This document shows positions 9,900 to 19,637 of a stretch of DNA of 64,000 nt, one piece after another (position 1 is the first letter of the stretch; every line of letters starts with the position of its first letter). Below the pieces are notes generated by a model that saw only the letters and a list, made by a program, of their open reading frames with translations, was not told where the DNA came from and did not search any database. Origin of the DNA: Calditrichota bacterium (GTDB lineage Bacteria; CLD3); contig QQUF01000045.1 of NCBI GenBank assembly GCA_008501735.1, forward strand, positions 165,957 to 229,956. The letters run 5' to 3'. Made by a program: the position numbers and the translations under genes.

Positions 9900-10667
9900 T
9901 TAACTTTTTCTTACAAAAACAAACTCACTTTCAGTTGAAAGTTTAGCTTGGAATTTGTAACCACTTGCCTCAAACTCTTTTAATTTTTCGACTTGGTCAA
10001 TTTTATTTTTTACGATGAAATTGACCATTTGTCCTCTCGCCATTTTTGCAAAAACAGCAACAACTTTCAATTTCCCTTCTTTTTCTTCTTTAAAAGCCAA
10101 ATTCAAAATTTTGTGCTGAAACTTTTTCGTATCAATTGTCTTGAAATACTCTCCCGAAGCAAGATTTAGCAATACTCTGTTTGTGTGCTTTGCTAATTCA
10201 TCATTCAGGTTTTGGGTAAATTTTACCCTCCAAAATTCGTACAAAGACTTTCGTTTTACTTTCAAACTTGTTTGCATTTCAAGTCTGTAAGGTTGAATCA
10301 AATCTAAAGGTTTTAAAATACCGTAAAAAGCGTCTAAGATTCTTAAGTTATCTTGAGCAAACTTTAAGTCTTTTTCTGAAAAGCTATCGGATTGCAGATT
10401 TTCAAAAACGTAACCGTTGTAAGCCAGAATTGCTTGTTTTGAATTTTCGAGCTTGAAGTCTTCACTCCAATTTTGGAAACGTTCATAGTTTTCTTGAGCA
10501 ATTTTGTCGCTCACTTTAAAAAGTGTTTTTAACTTTTTCTCGGATTTCTTTTTTAGAATTTGAGAAATTATTTTCGCTTCTTCTAAATGTTGAGGAGTCG
10601 AAAATTGAGTTAATTTATTTTCAGAATTAAAATCTAAAGTTTTTGCAGGTGAGAGAATTGAAAGCAT
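9900..10667 (-). CDS. yaaA: YaaA-family (UPF0246) peroxide-stress protein
   Basis: N-terminal MLSILSPAKTLDF and overall length (255 aa) match the recalled YaaA family. Confidence 0.8.
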   Translation of the reverse strand: MLSILSPAKTLDFNSENKLTQFSTPQHLEEAKIISQILKKKSEKKLKTLFKVSDKIAQENYERFQNWSEDFKLENSKQAILAYNGYVFENLQSDSFSEKDLKFAQDNLRILDAFYGILKPLDLIQPYRLEMQTSLKVKRKSLYEFWRVKFTQNLNDELAKHTNRVLLNLASGEYFKTIDTKKFQHKILNLAFKEEKEGKLKVVAVFAKMARGQMVNFIVKNKIDQVEKLKEFEASGYKFQAKLSTESEFVFVRKS

Positions 10668-10744
10668 TTTAAACCTTTAATTTATTTTTCAAGAACTGAT
10701 ATTACGCAGAATTGGGAAAATTAATTTCTTTGTTTATTTTGATG

Positions 10745-10930
10745 TTTTTTAAACCACCTCTGAAAAAAATTCTAACACTTTGCTTGAATTTGCTTTCTGC
10801 CTCCTCCTTGAAAAGGTGGAGAGTTTTTTGTCGTGTAAAGCACGACTGTTTTACCCCTCATTTTCAAGGAGAGGAATTTTTTCATTTGAAACTTTAGTTT
10901 CTGAAAACGAAAAATGGGGTGGTTAAAGTA
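10745..10930. repeat. GC-rich nested inverted-repeat element (candidate MITE-like element or structured RNA)
   Basis: Outer arms AACCACC (10752..10758) and GGTGGTT (10918..10924). A 10-bp long-range pair TCCTTGAAAA (10805..10814) / TTTTCAAGGA (10861..10870) encloses the hairpin GTCGTG-taaag-CACGAC (10830..10846). Local hairpin CTCCTCC-ttgaaaa-GGTGGAG (10801..10821). Confidence 0.4.
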
Positions 10931-11098
10931 ACGTCAAATTTTGTGGTAAATTTTGACTTTCACCGAGTTCTTATTTTTTTTGCGTAACGTAAGTCAAGAA
11001 GTTAAAAAAATTTTAGAAGTGATTTTTGAGTTTTCTTTTTTATTTTTAACGATTCAATTCTAAAAATTCAACATTTTAACAAATCGGGAGAATGCTTT

Positions 11099-12709
11099 AT
11101 GCCTTCTGAAAAATTTCTCAAGAACTTAACAGAACCGTCAAAATGGGGAGAAAGAGTTTACACAACTGATGACTTTAATTATCCAAATGAATTCAATTCA
11201 GCTGTAGAATTGCTTAAAGTTGGACTTGGAATTGACAATGGCGAAAAAATTGCAATTCATTTTGGCGACCAGACTTACAGTTACAACCAAGTTGAAGCAG
11301 AGTCAAATCGTTGGGGAAATTTTTTCAAGAAACTCGGTGTCAAACCCGAAGACAGAGTGATTCTGAGAATGTTGAACAATCCCGATTACGTTTTTATGTG
11401 GCTTGGACTTTTGAAAATTGGTGGAGTTGCAGTCGCCACAATGCCTTTGCTTAGAGCAAAAGAATTGAGTTACATCGCCGAAGACTCAGAAGCTCGATTT
11501 GTAATAACTTCCGAAAACTTGTTAGCCGAAGTTGAAAACTGTAAAGGCAAAATGCCAACTGTCGAAAGAATTTGCTCAATTGGGAACACTGGCGAATTTG
11601 CTTTTGAAGACGAATTAAATACTTGTTCAACTGAATTAGATTTTCACTTAACCAAAAGAGACGACGTTGCTTTAATCGGTTACACATCAGGAAGCACAGG
11701 AAATTCAAAAGGTACTGTTCACTTTCACGAAGACGTTTTGGTAATCGCTGACGGTTATGCAAAAAACATACTTAAACCAACTCCTGAAGATGTTTTTGGT
11801 GGACATCCAACTTTAGCTTTTACTTTTGGTCTTGGTGCATTACTTGTTTTCCCTTTCAGGTTCGGTGCCTCTACAGTTTTGTTAGAAAAATTTACACCAG
11901 AAGTAATGTTGGATTTGCTACAAAATTATGGAGTTACAATTTCTTTTTGTGCTCCTACAGCTTACAATGCAATGATGAAACTTAATGCAGAAAGCCCTCA
12001 CAATTTATCCAAACTTAGAATCGGAGTAAGTGCAGGAGAAACTCTACCAGCAGTAACTTTTGATAGCTTTAAAAGAGTTTTTGGAGTTGAGCTTTTGGAC
12101 GGAATCGGAGCAACTGAAATGCTTCACATTTTTATTACAAACTATCCTGGCGAAGCTAAACCTGGAAGTACAGGAAAAGTTGTACCTGGCTACCAAGCAA
12201 AAGTTGTTAACGAAAATTTTGAACAGCAACCTGCAGGAGAACCTGGAGTTTTGTTAGTAAAGGGTCCAACAGGTTGTCGTTACTGGAAAAAACCTGAACG
12301 TCAAGCAGGTTACGTTTACGACGGTTGGAACACTCCTGGAGATATTTTCAGCCAAGATGAAGAAGGTTACTTTTACTACCATTGTAGAAATGATGATTTA
12401 ATAATTTCTTCTGGTTACAACATTGCAGGACCTGAAGTTGAAAATTCTCTTTTAGCTCACGATGCAGTCAAAGAGTCAGGAGTGATTGGTAAACCAGATA
12501 AAAATAGAGGCCAAATTGTAAAAGCTTACGTTGTTTTAAATGAAGGTTTTTCGCCTTCTGAGGAAATGGTCTTAGAACTGCAAGAACAAGTAAAAAACTA
12601 TTTAGCTCCTTACAAATATCCGCGTGAAATCGAATTTGTTTCCGAACTTCCAAGAACGGAAACAGGAAAAGTGAAAAGATTTATTTTACGTAAAAAATCA
12701 ACTGAATAA
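11099..12709 (+). CDS. AMP-dependent acyl-CoA synthetase/ligase (benzoate-CoA-ligase-like subfamily)
   Basis: AMP-binding motif YTSGSTGNSKG, the GYFYYHCRNDDLI motif and C-terminal GKVKR. Confidence 0.85.
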   Translation: MPSEKFLKNLTEPSKWGERVYTTDDFNYPNEFNSAVELLKVGLGIDNGEKIAIHFGDQTYSYNQVEAESNRWGNFFKKLGVKPEDRVILRMLNNPDYVFMWLGLLKIGGVAVATMPLLRAKELSYIAEDSEARFVITSENLLAEVENCKGKMPTVERICSIGNTGEFAFEDELNTCSTELDFHLTKRDDVALIGYTSGSTGNSKGTVHFHEDVLVIADGYAKNILKPTPEDVFGGHPTLAFTFGLGALLVFPFRFGASTVLLEKFTPEVMLDLLQNYGVTISFCAPTAYNAMMKLNAESPHNLSKLRIGVSAGETLPAVTFDSFKRVFGVELLDGIGATEMLHIFITNYPGEAKPGSTGKVVPGYQAKVVNENFEQQPAGEPGVLLVKGPTGCRYWKKPERQAGYVYDGWNTPGDIFSQDEEGYFYYHCRNDDLIISSGYNIAGPEVENSLLAHDAVKESGVIGKPDKNRGQIVKAYVVLNEGFSPSEEMVLELQEQVKNYLAPYKYPREIEFVSELPRTETGKVKRFILRKKSTE

Positions 12710-12727
12710 ATATCTGAAAGCGATTAA

Positions 12728-13324
12728 ATGTTAGACTTTTTTGGTAAATCTCCTGAAAAAGAAGATTTAAAATCTCGAACTCCTGCTGGACAGTATTTAA
12801 CAACTAAATTTCCTGTTCTGACTTATGGACCAACTCCAAGAATCGACACAGAGAATTGGCAACTTAGAGTTTTTGGTGAAGTTAAAGAAGAAGTAAAATT
12901 CAATTACCAAGAATTTATGTCTCTTCCACAAGTTAAGTTTGAATCTGACTTTCATTGTGTAACAACTTGGAGTCAGCTCGACAACACTTGGGAAGGGATT
13001 TCGACAAAAGAATTTATGAAAAAAGTGAAATTGAAACCTGAAGCGAAATTTGTTTTGTTACACTGTTACGGTGGTTACACGACAAATCTTACTCTTGAAG
13101 CGTTCGATGATGAAGACACACTTTTCGCTCACACTCACGACGGAGAACCACTTTCAGCAGAACACGGTTGGCCACTTCGTTTTGTAATTCCCAAAAAATA
13201 TGCTTGGAAAAGTGCAAAATGGATAAATGGAATTGAATTCTTGACCGAAGACAAGTTGGGATTTTGGGAAAGAAATGGTTATAATAACAATGCTGACCCT
13301 TGGAAAGAAGAAAGATTTTGGTAA
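12728..13324 (+). CDS. Sulfite-oxidase-like molybdopterin-binding oxidoreductase (single domain)
   Basis: DFHCVTTWS motif with the Moco cysteine, GWPLRFVIP, and a 198-aa single-domain architecture. Confidence 0.7.
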   Translation: MLDFFGKSPEKEDLKSRTPAGQYLTTKFPVLTYGPTPRIDTENWQLRVFGEVKEEVKFNYQEFMSLPQVKFESDFHCVTTWSQLDNTWEGISTKEFMKKVKLKPEAKFVLLHCYGGYTTNLTLEAFDDEDTLFAHTHDGEPLSAEHGWPLRFVIPKKYAWKSAKWINGIEFLTEDKLGFWERNGYNNNADPWKEERFW

Positions 13325-13341
13325 ATATTCAAAATAAAAAA

Positions 13342-13367
13342 GCCCTTTAAATTAAAAGGGCCTTTTT
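13342..13367 (+). terminator. Rho-independent terminator (GCCCTTT/AAAGGGC plus T-run)
   Basis: 7-bp GC-rich stem, 6-nt loop, then CTTTTT. The A-run upstream makes it potentially bidirectional for the convergent minus-strand gene. Confidence 0.7.
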
Positions 13368-13394
13368 ATTTCTAATTTTTTTAAAATACTCACT

Positions 13395-13946
13395 CTATGG
13401 CGTATAAGTATAAACTGTTTTCAAATTTGTGATTCCATTAATACTCAAAGGATAATTACCAATCTTTTTGAAAGTAATCATAAACTTATTGAATTCAATA
13501 TTGTTATTCGAATCGAGGTCTAACATTTCAGTGATATTACAATAAACTTTTCCGTTGTGAGCAGTTGTTAAAGAATAATGAGCTTGAAACTCTCCAATTT
13601 CACCATTGTTTCCTTGAGAAAGAATTGGAGTAATTGTGATTTCTACAATTTCATCTTGTGGAATTGTAGCATTTAGGTCAAATTCCAATCTCGCAAAATC
13701 AATTGTTTCAGCATTTTGAACAACATTTGGAATTGAAAAATTAGTAACCTTAAAAGCTTTTAATCCTTTTGTATGGTCAATCAAATTTTGCATAAAGGAA
13801 AGATTACCCTTTAATGGACTTGAGTTTGCATTATTTGGATTTTTAGTTTGAATTTTATTTTGTGGAGTTTGTTTAACGAATTCATCAGCAAACAAACTCG
13901 AAAAAAGACCTATAAAAATTGCTAAAGTTAAAATTCTAATTTTCAT
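13395..13946 (-). CDS. Hypothetical secreted protein
   Basis: Signal peptide MKIRILTLAIFIGLFSSLFADE. Lies 20 nt downstream of the beta-helix gene on the same strand. Confidence 0.5.
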   Translation of the reverse strand: MKIRILTLAIFIGLFSSLFADEFVKQTPQNKIQTKNPNNANSSPLKGNLSFMQNLIDHTKGLKAFKVTNFSIPNVVQNAETIDFARLEFDLNATIPQDEIVEITITPILSQGNNGEIGEFQAHYSLTTAHNGKVYCNITEMLDLDSNNNIEFNKFMITFKKIGNYPLSINGITNLKTVYTYTP

Positions 13947-13966
13947 TTTATTTTAAGACCTCTTAA

Positions 13967-16900
13967 TTACTTGATTAGTAACATTTTACGTGTTTGTTTG
14001 AAGTTCTCAGAAGAAATTCTGTAAAAGTAAACTCCAGTTCCAACAAGGTTTGAATTGTTATCTGTTCCATTCCAAGTTACTGCGTGTGAACCTGCTTTTA
14101 ATTTTGAATTAGTCAATGTTTTGACATTTTGTCCCAAGATATTAAAAACTTCAATTTTGACATTTGATTCACTTGGTACAAAAAACTCAATATTCGTAGT
14201 TGGATTAAAAGGATTTGGATAATTTTGAGCTAATTTGAAAGTTCCTTTAAAGTTGCCAACTGAAATCTTTGGAATTGAACCTTCATTTGGGTCAAGATTA
14301 AGAAAACAATTTAAATCAAAATTCTTAGATGCATCTTCTACATTTTGAATCAAAGTTCCTGATGAATCTCCCCAAAAATTACCTTCTGCATTTACATAAA
14401 TATTTGAATTTTCATTCCAAATGAGATTCGTAGATTTTGAAAGATAAAATGAATTATTACCCAAATCTTCTTCACAATCCTTACCAAGATCAAAAATAAG
14501 CGAAGAACTATTATTCTCTTTAATAAAAACAGCATTATTAGTATAGCCAGTTGAAACTTTTCTTACTTTAACTGTTGAAGAAGAAGTATTAGTATTATTC
14601 GCAAAATACATTCCATAAACACATCTATTTTCTGTGTCTTCACCTTGAATGATTGAAGGAGAAGAGTCTTCTGAATCACCAATCTCTAATTCTAAGTCAG
14701 CATTTTTATAGAAATAATAACCACCTTGAGCATAATTTTTAATTGTATTCTCAGAAAATTTAAGTTGTGGATTTGTGCATTGAGAAACATAAATTCCAAA
14801 TTGTGAAGACTCATCGTTTCCTGCTGAAAGTGCAAATTTTTCAAAAACAGAAGGGTCATTTGTGTGTGCATCAATCATAAAAAGTCCGTAAGAAGCATCT
14901 TCTATAAGATTAGTTGAAAATGTATCAACGTGAGAATTTTTATAGTAAATACCTTTTAAAGCACTCATAGAATTTGAATTTTTATAGAAATTTTTGGAAA
15001 TTTTTCCACCAGTCTTAATTCCTGAGTTTTCAATAGATATCGCATTAGTTTTTGCACCAAAGATTAAGTTCCCATAAACTTCCAACTCTTCTTCAATACC
15101 ACTTAACTGTATTGGAGCTTCTACCTCGTGGAATAAGTTTAATTTTAAATCTGCTGCCCAATTTCTAACAACAATTCCTGAACCATTTAAATTTTTAAAG
15201 AAATTATCTTTTATCAAATAAGCTTCTTCAATATCTGCTTTTGTATCACCTTCGAGATAAATTCCTGTTGATGAAGTTGATTGGTTTGGGTTTGAAAACA
15301 AATTGTTTGAAACACTTATTTCAAGGTCGTTCTCTTTAGAGTAAAGAGCGTAATCATCAAAACCGACAAATAAATTATCTTCAATTTTAAATTCAGTTGC
15401 AGAATTAGGGTCTTCGATTTCAACTCCGATTTTTGCATTTTCAATAATTGCCCAATTTAAATTCTGGTCTGTTGAAGAACTTAAAAATCTAATCCCATAC
15501 CATTTTGTTATTGAACTATTAGTTTTGAAAATAGTTGGCTGAGTAGAATTAGTATCAATATCTTGAACCATCACAATAGTTCCTTTACAAATAACCTCAA
15601 CTAAATTTGCATCTGCTTCATCACTTGTTGAAGGGCTTGTTCCATTTTGAGCAGTAATTAAAACTTGAGTTCCTTCTTTAATAAAAAGAGTATCGGAGGC
15701 ACTAACAATAAAATCATTTTTAAGAATAATATTTCCGTTCCAAGTCTCATTTCCACTTGTACTTCTTCCATTGATTACTTCTGAAATATTTATTCCAGCT
15801 TCAAAAAGTCCGCCATTGTGACCCATATTTGGATATTTACCAAAAGGGAAACGCTCAGTGCTGGCAACACCAAATTCTGATAAATCTTTGTGAGAAATAT
15901 TTGTTGAAGAAAAACCTGAGCCTTCACTTGCAGCTCCAGTTCCAAATTCACTCATTGGAACACGTGTTGTGATTACAGTTTGAAAAGTTCCTTGTTGGGC
16001 ATTATAATTTCCAATTCCCTCTTCATCTAAATCATCAATTTGGATAATTGTTTCTTCAAATGGCTCCAAATCTTGAACTTTAAAAGAGTTAATCGGATAA
16101 ACAGGATTTACTTCAATAATTCCCCATTGTGCTTCAGGACGATTTGGAAAAGTAACTGGAGGTTTATCAACAAATTCTTCTAGAACTGAGCCAATTGAAC
16201 GTTCTGCATAAACGAAATCAGAACCACCTAAATTATGATAAGGTGTAAAGAATGTAGAATTTGGAACGTTTGGAGGAAGAATACTAAATTCTGCCAAAGT
16301 CTCAAATTTAATTTCTTCACCATAAGCATTTGAACTTTCGTCAGAAATTATAATTCCTGATTCAGGTCTGTGAGGAACAGTTGGAATTAAATCTTTATCT
16401 CCAGTTCCTTTGTCAATACAAGGTGAAGAAGTAATTCCAACAAATACATCATTGTTAGTTTCGTCAAAATTTGAAGTAAGTTTGTAATCTATTGTGTCAG
16501 CAAACATTGGGTCTTGATAAATACAAGCAAACATTTTAAAGAGATTAGAATCTGCTTGACTAATTCCTGTTGTGTTATGAAAGCAACTGGAGATTACATA
16601 AAGAGAATCAAATTTTGTTGAAGTTGTATCTAATCCCCAACTGCCATTTGATACAATGTTATTTTGGAAAATAGCGGAACCGAATGCGTAAGTTGAATCA
16701 GAAATTTCGTTTGTTAAAACCTTATCTACATTCACAAAAGTATTGTTTTTAATTCTCGCTACTTTTAACGAATCCCCAACAATTCCATAATCTCCATTTA
16801 TAAAAAGGTTATTTTGAATCATTGTAAATTTATTTGCAAGTATAGAAAATTCCGAGCAATTAAAACGTGATGCGATAACCCCATTAATTGAAGAAGTGTT

Positions 16901-17329
16901 ATTAAACACAACTCCTCTTTCACAGTTATCAAACTCTAAGCCTCTGATAATTACAACTGAAGAAGTTGAATCTTGAAAAATTCCCGTTTTAGCATTTGAG
17001 ATTTTAACATTTCCCATTTTATGCTTTGCAGTCTTTTCAAAAAACAGCCCTTTCCAACTCCCACTTCCCAATAAAGTATTAAATTCAATTTGATTAGAAG
17101 ATGTTCCCTCAGCAACTAACTTTGAGTCGTTTTCAATAAAAATACCCTTGTTTAGCCCGATAGTTACTTTAACACCAGAATTTATTGTTAATGTAGCTCC
17201 ATTTTTTATTGTCGCACCGAATAGCAATGTTTGATTTGATGTCCAAGTTGTGTCTGACGTAATTGTCATACTTAAAACAAAACTTGGTATCAAAAGCATA
17301 AATGCTATTTGAATAAAAAATTTTGACAT
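13967..17329 (-). CDS. Large secreted right-handed parallel beta-helix repeat protein with T9SS sorting domain
   Basis: Signal peptide. Many N/G/I-rich about 22-25-aa repeats (NNxFxN, IxNN). C-terminus LAQNYPNPFNPTTNIEFFVPSESNVKIEVFN...GVYFYRI. Confidence 0.75.
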   Translation of the reverse strand: MSKFFIQIAFMLLIPSFVLSMTITSDTTWTSNQTLLFGATIKNGATLTINSGVKVTIGLNKGIFIENDSKLVAEGTSSNQIEFNTLLGSGSWKGLFFEKTAKHKMGNVKISNAKTGIFQDSTSSVVIIRGLEFDNCERGVVFNNTSSINGVIASRFNCSEFSILANKFTMIQNNLFINGDYGIVGDSLKVARIKNNTFVNVDKVLTNEISDSTYAFGSAIFQNNIVSNGSWGLDTTSTKFDSLYVISSCFHNTTGISQADSNLFKMFACIYQDPMFADTIDYKLTSNFDETNNDVFVGITSSPCIDKGTGDKDLIPTVPHRPESGIIISDESSNAYGEEIKFETLAEFSILPPNVPNSTFFTPYHNLGGSDFVYAERSIGSVLEEFVDKPPVTFPNRPEAQWGIIEVNPVYPINSFKVQDLEPFEETIIQIDDLDEEGIGNYNAQQGTFQTVITTRVPMSEFGTGAASEGSGFSSTNISHKDLSEFGVASTERFPFGKYPNMGHNGGLFEAGINISEVINGRSTSGNETWNGNIILKNDFIVSASDTLFIKEGTQVLITAQNGTSPSTSDEADANLVEVICKGTIVMVQDIDTNSTQPTIFKTNSSITKWYGIRFLSSSTDQNLNWAIIENAKIGVEIEDPNSATEFKIEDNLFVGFDDYALYSKENDLEISVSNNLFSNPNQSTSSTGIYLEGDTKADIEEAYLIKDNFFKNLNGSGIVVRNWAADLKLNLFHEVEAPIQLSGIEEELEVYGNLIFGAKTNAISIENSGIKTGGKISKNFYKNSNSMSALKGIYYKNSHVDTFSTNLIEDASYGLFMIDAHTNDPSVFEKFALSAGNDESSQFGIYVSQCTNPQLKFSENTIKNYAQGGYYFYKNADLELEIGDSEDSSPSIIQGEDTENRCVYGMYFANNTNTSSSTVKVRKVSTGYTNNAVFIKENNSSSLIFDLGKDCEEDLGNNSFYLSKSTNLIWNENSNIYVNAEGNFWGDSSGTLIQNVEDASKNFDLNCFLNLDPNEGSIPKISVGNFKGTFKLAQNYPNPFNPTTNIEFFVPSESNVKIEVFNILGQNVKTLTNSKLKAGSHAVTWNGTDNNSNLVGTGVYFYRISSENFKQTRKMLLIK

Positions 17330-17334
17330 TTTTT

Positions 17335-17457
17335 GTTTACTCCCTACGATAAAACTAAAATTTTATTTCGTTCAAATGATAAATCAAGCTAATTTAATTT
17401 GTTTACTCTCCAAATCAAACTAAAATAAATTTTGATAAATCAAGTTAATTTAATTTT
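17335..17457. repeat. Tandem direct duplication (66 + 57 bp) in a divergent promoter region
   Basis: Unit A 17335..17400 and unit B 17401..17457 both begin GTTTACTC and end GATAAATCAAG(C/T)TAATTTAATTT. Unit A contains the AGGGAG RBS of the beta-helix gene. Confidence 0.7.
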
Positions 17458-17591
17458 AGTATTGATAAAAAAAAACAAATACAATTATATCTATAAAAAG
17501 AAAAATTCAAAAAGTTTAAATTTTATTAACCTTTTTGTAAATTGCCTAATCCATTTGTAAAAAACTATCAAAATTTAAAGGTCTGTATTTA

Positions 17592-19052
17592 ATGCAAAAT
17601 TTATTTTCAATTTCTTTCTTCCTTTTAGTTTCTTCCTCAACATTTGCACAATTTAATAATTTCAATGACTTTCTTTCCCAAGTAAATTCGGCACAAAGTA
17701 GTCAGAAACAACAAATAATTGACTCATTCATTTCATTCGCTCAAAATAACGGTGGTATTCCATATATCGAAAATGATACAACCGCTTATTTTCTTCACGA
17801 CGGAACTGCAAGTGGTGTTCAAGTTCCTGGAGATTTCAACAGTTGGAACCCAAATTTGGCTAATACTACATTAATCAGTGGAACAACTTTTCGGTTTAGA
17901 AAGGAAAATTTCCCTTCCGACTCTAGGCTTGATTACAAGTTTGTCGCAAATGGGAATTGGGTTTTAGACCCATTAAATTCAAAAACTGTAAGTGGAGGTT
18001 TTGGACCAAATTCTGAGCTTTCGATGCCAAATTACGTCCAACCTTCTGAAATTGAATTCGACCCAAATATTTCTCACGGCACATTAACTAATTTTCAATT
18101 TACAAGCTCAATTCTCAGTAACACTCGCCAAATTCACATTTATCTACCAGCGAATTACTCGCCTTCAAGTTCTTATCCAACTGTTTACTTTCAAGACGGA
18201 ACAGAAACAAAAAATCTTGGCTCAATCAAAAATGTTCTCGACAATTTAATTGCACAAAATGAGATTCAAGAAATTATCGCAGTTTTAGTAACCCCAATAG
18301 ACCGAATGGCTGAGTACACAATGAATCCAAATTACGCTAATTTCTTTGCAAACGAGCTTGTTCCTCATATAGACTCAACTTATTCAACAATTCAAAATCC
18401 AAATTCAAGAGCTGTTGCAGGTGCTTCACTTGGAGGTTTAGTTTCATTTTACATTTCTTACTCTTACCCAAATGTTTTCGGAAAAGCTGCTGGGCAATCA
18501 AGTTCATTTTGGTGGAACAACGAAGCAATGATTTCACAAATCCAAAATGGAAACACTGGAAACATCGATTTTTATTTTGATGTAGGAACTTTTAATGACG
18601 GACTTCCTGAAAATCAATTAATGGAAACCGCACTACAAAATAAAGGTTACAACTATCAAATGAAAGTTTGGAATGAAGGACACAGTTGGGGAAATTGGAG
18701 AGCTCACTACGATGATTTCCTAAAGTTTTTTTTTGCCTCGACAGTAAGTGTAAATGAAAATCAAAATGAGATTCCAAATAAAATCACTCTTGAACAAAAC
18801 TTCCCAAATCCTTTTAACCCAACAACTGTTATTAATTACGAATTACAAATTACGAATTACGAAAATGCAAAACTTACAGTCTTTAACATTCTTGGTGAGA
18901 AAGTAAAAGAATTTGAACTTACCCAAAACAAAGGTTCGGTTACTTGGAATGGAACAGATTTTAGCGGAAAAGAAGTGTCAAGTGGAATTTATTTCTACCG
19001 TTTAGAATATGGAAGTTTTTTTCAAACACGAAAAATGCTCTTTTTAAAGTAA
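17592..19052 (+). CDS. Secreted esterase (alpha/beta hydrolase, enterochelin-esterase-like with N-terminal E-set/CBM48-like module) with T9SS sorting domain
   Basis: PGDFNSWNP module, nucleophile elbow GASLGG, and the C-terminal domain LEQNFPNPFNPTTVINYEL...GIYFYRL. Confidence 0.7.
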   Translation: MQNLFSISFFLLVSSSTFAQFNNFNDFLSQVNSAQSSQKQQIIDSFISFAQNNGGIPYIENDTTAYFLHDGTASGVQVPGDFNSWNPNLANTTLISGTTFRFRKENFPSDSRLDYKFVANGNWVLDPLNSKTVSGGFGPNSELSMPNYVQPSEIEFDPNISHGTLTNFQFTSSILSNTRQIHIYLPANYSPSSSYPTVYFQDGTETKNLGSIKNVLDNLIAQNEIQEIIAVLVTPIDRMAEYTMNPNYANFFANELVPHIDSTYSTIQNPNSRAVAGASLGGLVSFYISYSYPNVFGKAAGQSSSFWWNNEAMISQIQNGNTGNIDFYFDVGTFNDGLPENQLMETALQNKGYNYQMKVWNEGHSWGNWRAHYDDFLKFFFASTVSVNENQNEIPNKITLEQNFPNPFNPTTVINYELQITNYENAKLTVFNILGEKVKEFELTQNKGSVTWNGTDFSGKEVSSGIYFYRLEYGSFFQTRKMLFLK

Positions 19053-19066
19053 AAAATCAAAATTGA

Positions 19067-19594
19067 TTGGCTAACAAAATGCTAAAATTTACAATCTTAA
19101 TTCTTATACTTGGATTATTTGCAACTATGATTTCAGCACAGGAAAATGAAAGTCCAAAATCTCCTTGTGATTTTACCGAAGCAAAACAATTTGATTTTTG
19201 GGTAGGTGAATGGAACTTAACTTGGGCTGACAGTGGCAAAGGTTTTAACAAAGTCGAAAAAATTTTAGGAAGTTGTGTAATTCAAGAAAATTTTGACGGA
19301 CTTGAATCTACTCCACTCAAAGGAATTAGCGTTTCGACTTACAATAAAAATTTGAAAAAATGGCAACAAACTTGGGTTGACAACAGTGGAGCTTACTTAG
19401 ATTTCGTCGGAGAATTTGCAGATGGAAAAATGATTCTTGCAAGAGAATTTACTGGAAAAGAAGGTAAAAAAATTATGCAAAGAATGGTTTGGTTTAATAT
19501 TACAAAAAATACTTTGAATTGGAATTGGGAACGTTCTTTAGATGAAGGAAAAACTTGGAAGCCACTTTGGCAAATACATTACACAAGAAAATAA
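19067..19594 (+). CDS. Hypothetical secreted protein (DUF1579-like, tentative)
   Basis: Signal peptide. FWVGEWNLTW and QRMVWFNITKNTLNWNWE resemble recalled DUF1579 proteins. The track start is TTG; an ATG at 19079 is an equally plausible start. Confidence 0.45.
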   Translation: MANKMLKFTILILILGLFATMISAQENESPKSPCDFTEAKQFDFWVGEWNLTWADSGKGFNKVEKILGSCVIQENFDGLESTPLKGISVSTYNKNLKKWQQTWVDNSGAYLDFVGEFADGKMILAREFTGKEGKKIMQRMVWFNITKNTLNWNWERSLDEGKTWKPLWQIHYTRK

Positions 19595-19637
19595 AATTAG
19601 ATTAAACTTTGAATTTATGTAAAAATTGGAGCTTTAA

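Noticed and set aside
10712-10897. 61-aa ORF across the GC-rich intergenic element
   Set aside because: It has a TTG start, no RBS, and a translation that simply follows the inverted repeats. It is better explained as a non-coding structured or repeat element.
10915-10975. GGGGTGGTTAAAGTAACG... as a possible tRNA 5' end, and ACCCCTCA...AAGGAGAGG as a possible preQ1-type riboswitch
   Set aside because: No cloverleaf with T-loop (GTTCRA) or anticodon arm can be drawn. The preQ1-I A-rich tail motif is absent, and no start codon follows the SD-like AAGGAGAGG at a usable distance.
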